Shown here piece after piece: positions 27,159 to 35,844 of a stretch of DNA of 64,000 nt. The notes under the pieces are model-generated. The model was given only the letters and a program-made list of their open reading frames with translations, searched no databases and had not been told where the DNA came from. The stretch comes from Deltaproteobacteria bacterium (GTDB lineage: Bacteria > Myxococcota_A > UBA796 > UBA9615): positions 4,550-68,549 of the forward strand of contig JAGSHC010000005.1 of assembly GCA_023954745.1 (NCBI GenBank), given 5' to 3'. Positions within the stretch are counted from its first letter, which is position 1. Each line of letters begins with the position of its first letter. Position numbers and translations under genes: made by a program.

Positions 27159-28319
27159 TCAGGCCTCTTCGCTGGTCTTCGAGGCGCGCCGGCGATCCCG
27201 CTCGGCACGACGCGCGCGGGCCGCATCGAGCATCTCCTTGGGGAAGCGCAGCCCCGCGAGCTTGATCTGCTCGGCGAAGGACGGCAGACGGCCCGTCGGC
27301 TCCAGGCGTCCCAGGATCTTGCCGTCCTCGTCCTTGCCCTCGGCCTTGAACGTGAAGAGGTCTCGCACCTGGTACTGACCGTCCGCGAGCTCCAAAACCT
27401 CGGTGATGTGGGTGATCTTCCGGCTGCCGTCGTGGAAGCGGGCCTGCTGCACGACCACGTCGAGAGCCATGGCGATCTGACTTCGCAGCGCCCACAGGGG
27501 CAACTCCACGTCGCCCATGAGGCACAGCGTCTCGAGCCGGGACAGCGTCTCCATGGGCGTCGACGCGTGAGTCGTGGACATGGACCCCTTGTGGCCCGAG
27601 ACCATGGCCTGGATCATGTCCAGCGCCTCGCCGGAGCGGACCTCGCCGATGACCACCCGGTCGGGGCGCATCCGCATCGCTGAGCGGAAGAGGTTGCGAA
27701 TCGTGACGGCCCCCCTGCCCTGGCGGTCCGGCGGCCGAGACTCGTAGTAGAGGAGGTGCGGCTTCTGGAGCTGGAGCTCCGTGCTGTCCTCGATGACGAT
27801 GATTCGCTGGTCGTCGGGGATGAACGAGCTCATCACGTTCAGAAGGGAGGTCTTCCCCGAGCCTGTTCCTCCCGCGATGACGATGTTGCACTCGATCTTC
27901 ACGGCGGCGTCGAGGAACTCGGCCGCGGCGGGGGTCATGGACCCGAAGCCCAGCAGCTTCTCTACCGTCAGTGCTTCCCGGAAGAACTTGCGGATGGCGA
28001 TGCAGATGCCCTTGCGGGCGACGGGCGGCATCGTGATGTGCACGCGGCTGCCGTTGGGCAGGCGGGCGTCCAGCAAGGGGCTCTCCCAATCGATCACCCG
28101 CCCGACGTACTGGGCGATGTTCTTCGCGAGAGCAAACACGTGGTCCTCGTGGGCGAACTTCGCGTCCGTCAACTCGAGCTTCCCGCCCCGCTCCACAAAG
28201 ACCTCTTCGGGACCGTTGATGAGGATCTCAGAGACGGAGTTGTCGTCGAGGTGGTGCTGGATGGGCACGAGGTACAGCGCGAGAGTCTGCTCGAAGACGC
28301 TCTCGAGAGTGGCGGTCAT
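27159..28319 (-). CDS. CpaF/TadA-family secretion ATPase, minimal form without an N-terminal regulatory domain
   Basis: Walker A GGTGSGKTS, Asp box, Walker B RIIVIEDSTEL, and a His box GHKGSMSTTHA of the VirB11/CpaF family. Confidence 0.85.
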   Translation of the reverse strand: MTATLESVFEQTLALYLVPIQHHLDDNSVSEILINGPEEVFVERGGKLELTDAKFAHEDHVFALAKNIAQYVGRVIDWESPLLDARLPNGSRVHITMPPVARKGICIAIRKFFREALTVEKLLGFGSMTPAAAEFLDAAVKIECNIVIAGGTGSGKTSLLNVMSSFIPDDQRIIVIEDSTELQLQKPHLLYYESRPPDRQGRGAVTIRNLFRSAMRMRPDRVVIGEVRSGEALDMIQAMVSGHKGSMSTTHASTPMETLSRLETLCLMGDVELPLWALRSQIAMALDVVVQQARFHDGSRKITHITEVLELADGQYQVRDLFTFKAEGKDEDGKILGRLEPTGRLPSFAEQIKLAGLRFPKEMLDAARARRAERDRRRASKTSEEA

Positions 28320-28352
28320 GGTGCTCCTGGAGGTCGGGGGCGCAGCTCGGCG

Positions 28353-29792
28353 TCAGTTGCCGAAGACAGAGCCGCCCTTTTTGCCCCGCATCAACTTGTC
28401 GAGGACCTTCTTCTGCTTGCGACCGAACTGATAACGCTCGTCTTCCTTGTCCGGGAAGATGCGCTGCAGCCGCTCCATCTCTTCGAGGGCTCGGTCGTAG
28501 TTTCCTGCGGACTTCTCCCGCACGTAGGCCAGCTTGAGACGGCGGAACTCCTGGTCGAGCAGACCCTCAGCCTCGGCGATCTTCCGGTCCATCTCGCTGG
28601 CGAAGGCCGGCCAGTTTTCCGGGGGCACGAGCCCGAGCTGGCCCTTGGAGCGCTTCATGAACTCCACAGAGGTCCACAGGTTCTCGTCCGCGATCTGGTA
28701 CTCGCGGAGGTACGTGGAGCCGATGCCAAAGAGCCGCTGGGCCTCGGCGATGATCTCCTGGTCCGTCCGGTCGTTGCGGGGCGGGAGGATGATCTCCTCG
28801 GGCGTCGGGGTCGTCGTGCCCGGGCCCGGCGCCACGGGCGCGGTGCTTGGCTGGGTCAGCGCATAGGCGAACGACAGCAAGATGACGACGGCGGCGCCAA
28901 CCAGCACGACGTTGCGGATGAGGGGGAGGTTCGGCGGAGCCTTCTTGCCCTTCCCCTTTCCGCGGCCCTTCTTCTTCCGCTTCTTCGCGGTGATCACACC
29001 GGAGGAAGACCTGCGCGGGCCGGGAGCGCCCGGGCCCGGGGCCCGGCCTGGCGTCCCCGGCATCCCTGCGGACGAGGGCATCCCGGGAGCGGGAGGCATC
29101 CCCATGGACGAGCGACCCATGTTGGGGGGCATCCCCATCTGGGAGGGCGGACCCTGGGGCGGAACCCCCGGCGGCAGGCCGAACTGCGAGGGCGGGCCCT
29201 GGGGGGGGCCGCCGCGCGGTGGCGGTGGCGGCGCACCGAGGTGCGCGGGGTGCTGGCCGGAGAGGTGCCCGTAGGTGCCGGTCCCGATTCCTCCTGGAGG
29301 GGGCCCGGGAGGAGGCCCGGGGGGCAGTCCTCCGAGGGGGCCGGGAGGGTGCGTGTCCTGGCCACCGTGGGTGGGGCCTTGCTTGACGACGGTCGCCTCA
29401 GCCCCCGGCTTGGGGAGGGGCGCGCCCGCGCGCGAGTCCATCGAGCTCCCGGCGAACGCCACCGTCGCTTCGGGGTCCTGCTTCGCCGCTCCCTCCCGAG
29501 GGATACGCACCCGCAGCGCGATATCGCAGAACGTGATCAAGTCCCCGTCCTGCACGTAGACCCGCTCGATGGGACGGTCATTGAGGTACGTGTGGTTGAC
29601 GGTGCCGAGGTTCTCGAGGACGAGCTGGTCGCCTTGCCAACTCATCTCACACTGCTGGCGGCTCACATGCGGAGAGGACACCTGGAGTTGGCACTGGGAA
29701 CCCCTGCCGACAAGGATCGTGTCCTCGCGGAGGGAATAGGTCTCGCCGACATCTGGGCCGGCGAGGATTTCGACCTGGATCAGTCGCGCCAA
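28353..29792 (-). CDS. FHA domain - PG-rich linker - polyLys - TM - periplasmic domain protein (YscD/PrgH-like topology)
   Basis: An FHA signature (ILVGRGSQCQLQVSSPHVSRQQCEM...LENLGTVNHTYLND), ~150 aa of P/G-rich low complexity, KKRKKKGRGKGKGKK, a TM LIRNVVLVGAAVVILLSFAYAL, and a ~160-aa C-terminal domain. The start is uncertain. I chose an in-frame TTG (L49 of the track ORF), because the upstream 48 codons look non-coding (S/R-rich) and this choice leaves a 73-nt gap to tadC. Confidence 0.6.
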   Translation of the reverse strand: MARLIQVEILAGPDVGETYSLREDTILVGRGSQCQLQVSSPHVSRQQCEMSWQGDQLVLENLGTVNHTYLNDRPIERVYVQDGDLITFCDIALRVRIPREGAAKQDPEATVAFAGSSMDSRAGAPLPKPGAEATVVKQGPTHGGQDTHPPGPLGGLPPGPPPGPPPGGIGTGTYGHLSGQHPAHLGAPPPPPRGGPPQGPPSQFGLPPGVPPQGPPSQMGMPPNMGRSSMGMPPAPGMPSSAGMPGTPGRAPGPGAPGPRRSSSGVITAKKRKKKGRGKGKGKKAPPNLPLIRNVVLVGAAVVILLSFAYALTQPSTAPVAPGPGTTTPTPEEIILPPRNDRTDQEIIAEAQRLFGIGSTYLREYQIADENLWTSVEFMKRSKGQLGLVPPENWPAFASEMDRKIAEAEGLLDQEFRRLKLAYVREKSAGNYDRALEEMERLQRIFPDKEDERYQFGRKQKKVLDKLMRGKKGGSVFGN

Positions 29793-29865
29793 ACTCGTTC
29801 TCGTTGCCTTCGAAGAGTACCAGTGTTCACGCGACCGACGGAAAGCCCGCCGGTGCGCGATCGAG

Positions 29866-30780
29866 CTAGAAGAGCTCGCCCTTCGCGGCTCGTACGATGA
29901 TGCCGCCGAACAGCGTGAGCAAGACCGCACCGACAATGAAGAGCAGCGGCATGATCATCTTGACCGGTGCCTCGCCCGCGAGCTTCTCGGCGCGCTGGCT
30001 CCGCTTGAGGCGGATCGCCTGGGCCTGAATCCGCAGGATGTTCGTCAGAGGAGTACCCATCTGCTCAGCCTGGACCACGGAACTCACCAGGCCTGAGACG
30101 TAGTCCGATGGGATGCGGTCCTTGAGATTGATCAGGGCCTCACGCCGGGTGGTGCCCATCTTCACTTCCTGAAGCACGTACCGCATCTCCTCCACGAGGG
30201 GGCTGTCCGTGGAGTCCTTGTTGACGATGCGCTCGAGCGAACTGTTGAAGTCGAGACCTGCGCCGACGGACAGCGCGAGCACGTCGAGCATGTACGGCAG
30301 GTCCTTGTTGATGGACGTGATCCGCGTCATCACCTGCTCGTCGAGGTACATCACGGGGAAGTAGGCGCCGAACATCGCCGCGACCATGCACAGCGGGATG
30401 CGGGGGCTGCCGGTGACGCTGGTGTTGAAGAAGAACGCCAGTCCAAAGAAGCTCAAGGCGCTCAGGACGCCGAAGGCGAGGTACTCGTCGGGGGTGAAGC
30501 CCCCCATGTAGCCCGCCCGGGCCAGCCGATCCCGCAGGCCGTTGCGCAGATTCGTGATGGGGAGCAGCTCGCCCCAGAACGTGAAGATCTTCAGCGTGCT
30601 GATGAGGATGCGGTAGATGGGCGACTGCGCCATCAACTGCCGGCGCTTGTTCATCAGGTACCCGCGCTCGGGCACCGTGCCCCGATACTCCTCGTCCGGG
30701 AAGAACCCGAGACCGAAGAGGAACACCGCACCAATGGCCAGGAGGCCAGCGACGATGCTCAGCAGGGTGCTTGTGGCCAT
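29866..30780 (-). CDS. TadC-like inner-membrane platform protein (T2SS F family)
   Basis: ~304 aa polytopic membrane protein with a GspF-like cytoplasmic domain, positioned next to tadB. Confidence 0.7.
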   Translation of the reverse strand: MATSTLLSIVAGLLAIGAVFLFGLGFFPDEEYRGTVPERGYLMNKRRQLMAQSPIYRILISTLKIFTFWGELLPITNLRNGLRDRLARAGYMGGFTPDEYLAFGVLSALSFFGLAFFFNTSVTGSPRIPLCMVAAMFGAYFPVMYLDEQVMTRITSINKDLPYMLDVLALSVGAGLDFNSSLERIVNKDSTDSPLVEEMRYVLQEVKMGTTRREALINLKDRIPSDYVSGLVSSVVQAEQMGTPLTNILRIQAQAIRLKRSQRAEKLAGEAPVKMIMPLLFIVGAVLLTLFGGIIVRAAKGELF

Positions 30781-30793
30781 CGACCTGGCTCTC

Positions 30794-31651
30794 CTAGACG
30801 TCCACCGAGACGATCTTGCGAATCATGAAGATCCCGACAATCTCGAAGAGGGCGATGAAGAAGAGGATGATCCAGCCGATGGGGTCCTCCCAGAGGGGCG
30901 AGACCATGAGCGGGTCGACCTTGTAGATGAGCACCGCCATGCCGACGGGCAGCGACCCGAGGACCCAGGCCTGCATGCGGCCCTGAGCGGTCATCGTCTC
31001 GATCTTGTCCTCGAGGCGGCGGATGTCCCGAATCGCCTCGGCGGTGTCCTCGAACACCTGGGGCAAGTTGCCACCGGCGACACGCGCGACCTGCACCGAC
31101 GTGATCACGAGGTCGAGGTTCTTGCTGCGGACCCGCTCGCCCATGTTGTTCATGGCTTCATCGAGCGTCAGGCCCAGCTTGTGCTCCTTGAGCATCAAGC
31201 CGAACTCCTGGGCGATGGGCGGCGCGGTGTTGTCCACGAGGATGCCGATGGCCTGCGGCAGGGTGAGGCCGGCGCGCAGAGAGTTCGACATGGAGATGAG
31301 CGCGTCGGGGATCTGATCTTCGAGCCGCTCCAGGCGCTGTCGCTTCGCCCGGGCGAGGCCGAGCCACGGGAACAGCCCCACCAGAATCGAGACGAGCACG
31401 CCGTTGGCCGGCCCGAGCAGGTAGCTCACGAAGATGAACAAGACCGTCGTGATCGCGATGTGCGTGTAGAAGTACTTCTTCGGGTCGGTGCGCGAGTAGA
31501 TCGCATCCAGCGCCCGGTGCAGCCGCTCCAGATAGGAGCGCTCGAAGCGCTTCCAGCCCGTGATCAGCTCGGGGCCGTTGAGCCAGGCGAGCAGAAACAC
31601 AATCCCGCCAATGGCGAGCCCGATGACGGTGACGATGAGGGACGCGTCCAT
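30794..31651 (-). CDS. TadB-like inner-membrane platform protein
   Basis: ~285 aa with an N-terminal TM, a cytoplasmic GspF-like domain and C-terminal TMs. It has a TAATG overlap with the upstream ATPase gene. Confidence 0.7.
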   Translation of the reverse strand: MDASLIVTVIGLAIGGIVFLLAWLNGPELITGWKRFERSYLERLHRALDAIYSRTDPKKYFYTHIAITTVLFIFVSYLLGPANGVLVSILVGLFPWLGLARAKRQRLERLEDQIPDALISMSNSLRAGLTLPQAIGILVDNTAPPIAQEFGLMLKEHKLGLTLDEAMNNMGERVRSKNLDLVITSVQVARVAGGNLPQVFEDTAEAIRDIRRLEDKIETMTAQGRMQAWVLGSLPVGMAVLIYKVDPLMVSPLWEDPIGWIILFFIALFEIVGIFMIRKIVSVDV

Positions 31652-33528
31652 TAGATGAAGCTCCCGTCGGCGATGATGCCGGAGTTGATGAGGTCCGGGA
31701 TGAAGCTCGGGATGTACCCGGTGAGCACCATTTCCCCGACGATCTTCCCGTTGTCATCGATGCCGCGCTGCTGGAACTTGAAGATGTCCTCGAGCCGAAG
31801 CCGCCCGTCGTCATCGAGGCCCACGCACTCGGTGACATGGGTCACCCGGCGGGTGCCGTCCGAGAAGCGCGACTGCTGCACCACCACATGAATGGCGGCG
31901 GCGATCTGCTCGCGGATTGCCTTTACCGGCAGGTCCATTCCCGCCATGAGCACCATGGTCTCGAGGCGGCTCATCATGTCGGTGGGGGTGTTCGCGTGGC
32001 CCGTAGTGAGGGAGCCGTCGTGACCGGTGTTCATGGCCTGGAGCATGTCCAGGGCCTCTCCCCCGCGGCACTCACCCACGACGATGCGGTCGGGGCGCAT
32101 GCGCAAGGAGTTCTTCACGAGGTCGCGGATCTCGTAGGCCCCCTTCCCTTCGAGGTTGGCGGGTCGGGTCTCGAGGCTGACCACATGGTCCTGAGGCAGT
32201 CGCAGCTCCGCGGCGTCCTCGATGGTGACGATGCGCTCCTTGTTGGGAATGAAGCTGCTCAGGCAGTTGAGCAGTGTCGTCTTCCCGGAGCCGGTGCCGC
32301 CAGAGATGATGATGTTCTTGTGTCCGAGTACGCACTTCTCGAGGAAGCTCGCAATCTGCTGGGTCACCGAGCCGAACCCCACCAAGTCCTGCATGGTGAG
32401 GGACTTCTTGCCGAACTTCCGGATCGTGATGCAGGGGCCCTTGATGGCCAGGGGCGGGATGATCGCGTTGACGCGCGAGCCGTCCTTGAGGCGGGCGTCC
32501 ACTAGCGGTGAACTCTCGTCGATGCGGCGCCCCAGGGGCGTGATGATGCGCTCGATGACCGCCAGGACCGCTTCGTGGCTCGTGAAGGTCTTCCCGGTGA
32601 ACTCGATGTTCCCCGCGCGCTCCACGTAGATCTGGTCCTTGTTGACGACCATGATCTCCGTGATGGAGTCGTCGTCGAGGAAGTCCTCGAGGGGGCCGAG
32701 GCCGAGGGCCTCGTTGAGGACCTCTTTGATGAGCAGCTCGCGGTCGAGGTCGGGCTCAATGTCCGCTTCGAGCTCGGCGATGATGTCGAAGAGGAGGTTC
32801 CGCGCACGCTCGCGAAGGTCCTCTTCGGCCACCTTGTCCATGTCGAGAGTCTTGAGGTCCAGGTACTGGAGCAGGCGGCGGTGGACGCGCCGCTTCAGGT
32901 CGACGGGAGCGGAACGAGCTCCCATCCAGTGGCCCGCGATCTGAGGGCCGTCTGCGTGGGGCTGGTGTCCAGCTGCGACCGGCGCCTGGCCCTGATGCAG
33001 GACGAGGGCCCCGTCGGCGTGGGCCTGCTGCTCGTAGTACTCGGCGGGATACTGCTGTTGCTGCTGGGCGTAGGCCTGGTCGTAGCCCTGCTGCTGCACC
33101 GTCGCCTGGTGGGCGGCCGCTCCGGAGTCGGCGGGAACCTGGCCGTGGGCCTGCTGCTGATAGTACTCCGCCGGATACTCGCCCTGGCCGGCCGCCGCCT
33201 GGGCCCGGTTGTACTCGTCCCATGCCTGGTGAAGCTGCGCTTCGGTGTAGACCGAGAGCACGACGTTGCCGATGCCCACGCGGTCACCCACGTTGAGGAT
33301 CTGCTTGCCGAACACCCGCTCGCCGTTGACGAACGTTCCGTTGGTGGACCGGTCTGTGAGGGTCACGGACTCACCGTTCACGAGGAACTCGGCGTGGTAA
33401 CGCGAGACCTCCATGTAGGGGAGGACGAGTTCGTTGCCGCCCTCACGCCCCGCGCGGATGTGGTCCGTGTCGAAGTCCGACTGGACCTCCCGCTGGCTCT
33501 CCGGATCCCGGTAGACGATGCGGATCAA
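31651..33528 (-). CDS. FHA domain :: CpaF/TadA ATPase fusion with a Gln/Tyr-rich linker
   Basis: An N-terminal FHA (NELVLPYMEVSRYHAEFLVNGESVTLTDRSTNGTFVNGERV), ~90 aa of Q/Y/A low complexity, then a full CpaF core (GGTGSGKTT, IVTIEDAAEL, GHDGSLTTGHA). Confidence 0.85.
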   Translation of the reverse strand: MIRIVYRDPESQREVQSDFDTDHIRAGREGGNELVLPYMEVSRYHAEFLVNGESVTLTDRSTNGTFVNGERVFGKQILNVGDRVGIGNVVLSVYTEAQLHQAWDEYNRAQAAAGQGEYPAEYYQQQAHGQVPADSGAAAHQATVQQQGYDQAYAQQQQQYPAEYYEQQAHADGALVLHQGQAPVAAGHQPHADGPQIAGHWMGARSAPVDLKRRVHRRLLQYLDLKTLDMDKVAEEDLRERARNLLFDIIAELEADIEPDLDRELLIKEVLNEALGLGPLEDFLDDDSITEIMVVNKDQIYVERAGNIEFTGKTFTSHEAVLAVIERIITPLGRRIDESSPLVDARLKDGSRVNAIIPPLAIKGPCITIRKFGKKSLTMQDLVGFGSVTQQIASFLEKCVLGHKNIIISGGTGSGKTTLLNCLSSFIPNKERIVTIEDAAELRLPQDHVVSLETRPANLEGKGAYEIRDLVKNSLRMRPDRIVVGECRGGEALDMLQAMNTGHDGSLTTGHANTPTDMMSRLETMVLMAGMDLPVKAIREQIAAAIHVVVQQSRFSDGTRRVTHVTECVGLDDDGRLRLEDIFKFQQRGIDDNGKIVGEMVLTGYIPSFIPDLINSGIIADGSFI

Positions 33529-33535
33529 GCGTCAC

Positions 33536-34789
33536 CTACCACTTCGTCTCCGCCGCATCGTAGATGTCGAGCGTCTCGCGGATCTGCTTGCGCATCTGGC
33601 GACGGTCGGCGTCCAGGAGGACCGGGGTAAGTACGATGATCCCGTCGGTGTCGCCCTTCTGCCAGGAACGGCTGCCGAAGAGCACGCCGATGCCGGGAAT
33701 CTGGGAGAGGCCGGGGAGGCCGGTGATCTGACGCCCGTTGTCGCGTCGGAGGAAGCCGCTGAGCGCGAAGCTCTCGCCCTCGCGGAGCTGCACGTGCGCC
33801 GTGTGGTTCTGGCGGTTGATGGAGGGCACCACGCCGCCGAGCTCGAGCTCGCCGACCGTGCTGAACTCCACCGTGATCTTGAGGTCGATGTCCCCGTCGT
33901 CGTCGATGATGGGGAGCGCCTTCACGAGCAGACCCACGTCCCGCTCGAGGAACGTGCCCACGCCGGTGCCCTGAGCCACCGTCGAGAAGATCAGGGTCTT
34001 GCCGCGCTGGAAGGTCACCTCTTCGCCCGACACCGTCGTGAAGAAGTCCTTGTCGAGCACCCGGCGCACATCCGTGGTGGCGGTGAAGTCGTAGAGGTCG
34101 TCCGGGCGACGGAGGACGTTGCCGGCCTGATCGGTGATGTTTCCGATGCCGAACTGCACGTAGCTCAGGGTGTCCAGAACCAGCGAGATGGGCCCGTTGC
34201 CTGACCAGTCGATGCCGATGTCGTGGTCGCGGTTGCGGTTCACCTCGAGCACCTGGAAGTGCAGCTGGATCTGGGCCTTCCTGACGATGTCCCGCTCGTC
34301 GAGGATCACGAGGCTGTACACGTCCTTGTTGTTGGACGCGACGATCTCCTGCACCCGGGCGAAGTCGTCCCTCCGCTTGACCAGACCGTCGATGACCACC
34401 CTCTCGCCCGAGGTGAGGACCTCGACGCCCGGAATCTCCAGAAGGAGGGTCTCCACGTCGCGGCGCAGCCGCTCCACGTCGCCCAGGACGGTGATGTCGT
34501 AGTCGGTCTCGCCGACCTGCAGGCTGGAGTAGCCGGGACGCAGGGCGAAGATGACGATCTTGTCGCCGTCCTCGTGGCGCTTGGCCTCGATCACCTGGGG
34601 GTTGCCGACGCTGACGGTCTTGATGCGGCCGAGGAAGATCGTGATCGACTCGCCGACCCGCAAGACCTTCTCGATGCCAGCGTGCGCCTCCCCAGGCGTC
34701 GCCAACTGCACCGTCAGTGCCATCAACACGGCGATGAGCACCAGCCCGAGCCGCCGCGCTCCTCCTCCGAACTCGTTGTTCGCCTTCAA
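33536..34789 (-). CDS. Secretin CpaC/RcpA
   Basis: A signal peptide, N-domains and a C-terminal secretin domain (GLPGLSQIPGIGVLFGS...GIIVLTPVLLD). Confidence 0.8.
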   Translation of the reverse strand: MKANNEFGGGARRLGLVLIAVLMALTVQLATPGEAHAGIEKVLRVGESITIFLGRIKTVSVGNPQVIEAKRHEDGDKIVIFALRPGYSSLQVGETDYDITVLGDVERLRRDVETLLLEIPGVEVLTSGERVVIDGLVKRRDDFARVQEIVASNNKDVYSLVILDERDIVRKAQIQLHFQVLEVNRNRDHDIGIDWSGNGPISLVLDTLSYVQFGIGNITDQAGNVLRRPDDLYDFTATTDVRRVLDKDFFTTVSGEEVTFQRGKTLIFSTVAQGTGVGTFLERDVGLLVKALPIIDDDGDIDLKITVEFSTVGELELGGVVPSINRQNHTAHVQLREGESFALSGFLRRDNGRQITGLPGLSQIPGIGVLFGSRSWQKGDTDGIIVLTPVLLDADRRQMRKQIRETLDIYDAAETKW

Positions 34790-34818
34790 CTGCTGCTCCG
34801 CTCCCCGTGCACCCGCGC

Positions 34819-35679
34819 TCAGCGCCGGCGGCCTCCGGGCGTCAGGATGGTGATTCCCTCGTCGCGCTTCTTCTGGATTCTACGACGTTCCTTCGGCTGG
34901 AAGATGTCCGCGAAGTTCTTGCCACTGAGTTCCATCTCAGTGTTCACGTCTTCCTCGTTCCGCATGGTGATCGAAAGCTCGCCCCGGTCCTGGGCAAACA
35001 CGAGGAGTTCAGCCTCCTCCGGGGTGACGAGCACCGTCACGGTGTCGATCCTCACCCTACCCCCGCGGGCGTTTCCGCCCCCGGTGTCCGCGATGGCGCG
35101 GCCGGTGCCGAGCTGGGCGCCGACGGCGAGTACGGTCACGTTCTGAAGGAGGGTGACCGTCTCCACGTCCCCTTCCCCGGGCTTCTGGAAGGTGCCGAGA
35201 ATGTCGACGTGGTCCTTCGGCCGAAGCAGCCCACCGAAGCTGGTGACGCGGTCCACCGGCAGAGCCAGCGCACGCATCTTCTCCGAGATCACCCGGGAGA
35301 GCTTCGCCTCGCTCTGGGTCGAGGCGAGGTCGGTTGTGAGGATGGGGTCTCCCCGCTTGACGCTGTACGAGGTGGTCTGGCCGATGACGTCATCCGCCAG
35401 GCCCTTCTGCAGGTGGCGCGGCGGTAGGTAGTTCTGCGGGTACTCACGGGTCATGAGCATCGAGCGCTCCAGGACCGTGAAGGCAGGGACATCCTCCTTG
35501 GCGACCAGGATCGGCACCCGCTTGCCGGCGACACCGAGCTCTTCCTTGAGGTTCGCCTTGTAGAGCTGCATCAGCACGACTGCGAGCAGCGCGAGGATTC
35601 CGGAGAACAGCAGGACGATCTTACGATTCACGGTTGCCCTTCCGAGCGGGGGGAGCTGCCCCGCCTCGTCTCGCCGCAT
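34819..35679 (-). CDS. CpaB/RcpC Flp pilus assembly protein (SAF domain)
   Basis: An N-terminal TM, a SAF-like region and a C-terminal CpaB-type domain. It is adjacent to the secretin. Confidence 0.65.
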   Translation of the reverse strand: MRRDEAGQLPPLGRATVNRKIVLLFSGILALLAVVLMQLYKANLKEELGVAGKRVPILVAKEDVPAFTVLERSMLMTREYPQNYLPPRHLQKGLADDVIGQTTSYSVKRGDPILTTDLASTQSEAKLSRVISEKMRALALPVDRVTSFGGLLRPKDHVDILGTFQKPGEGDVETVTLLQNVTVLAVGAQLGTGRAIADTGGGNARGGRVRIDTVTVLVTPEEAELLVFAQDRGELSITMRNEEDVNTEMELSGKNFADIFQPKERRRIQKKRDEGITILTPGGRRR

Positions 35680-35844
35680 TGAAGAAAACCGGGGCTACCG
35701 GGCTTCCTCAATGCGTGGGCGAGTCTACAACAAAGCCTACCCAGGGGTGGCCGCGGGACCGGACACAGGGTTGGCACGTTGTGAGGAAGGAGCCGCTGTA
35801 CGCGCTGTGCGCGGGTTCGTGCCCTGGTTGCAGGGCCTACCAAA

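Noticed and set aside
28353-29936. The full 527-aa ORF as the FHA protein
   Set aside because: The first 48 codons (MSVRSCSRCSAASSYEPRRASSSSS...) look non-coding and would overlap the tadC 3' end by 70 nt. The start is more likely an internal TTG or similar start just before the FHA domain. Uncertainty remains.
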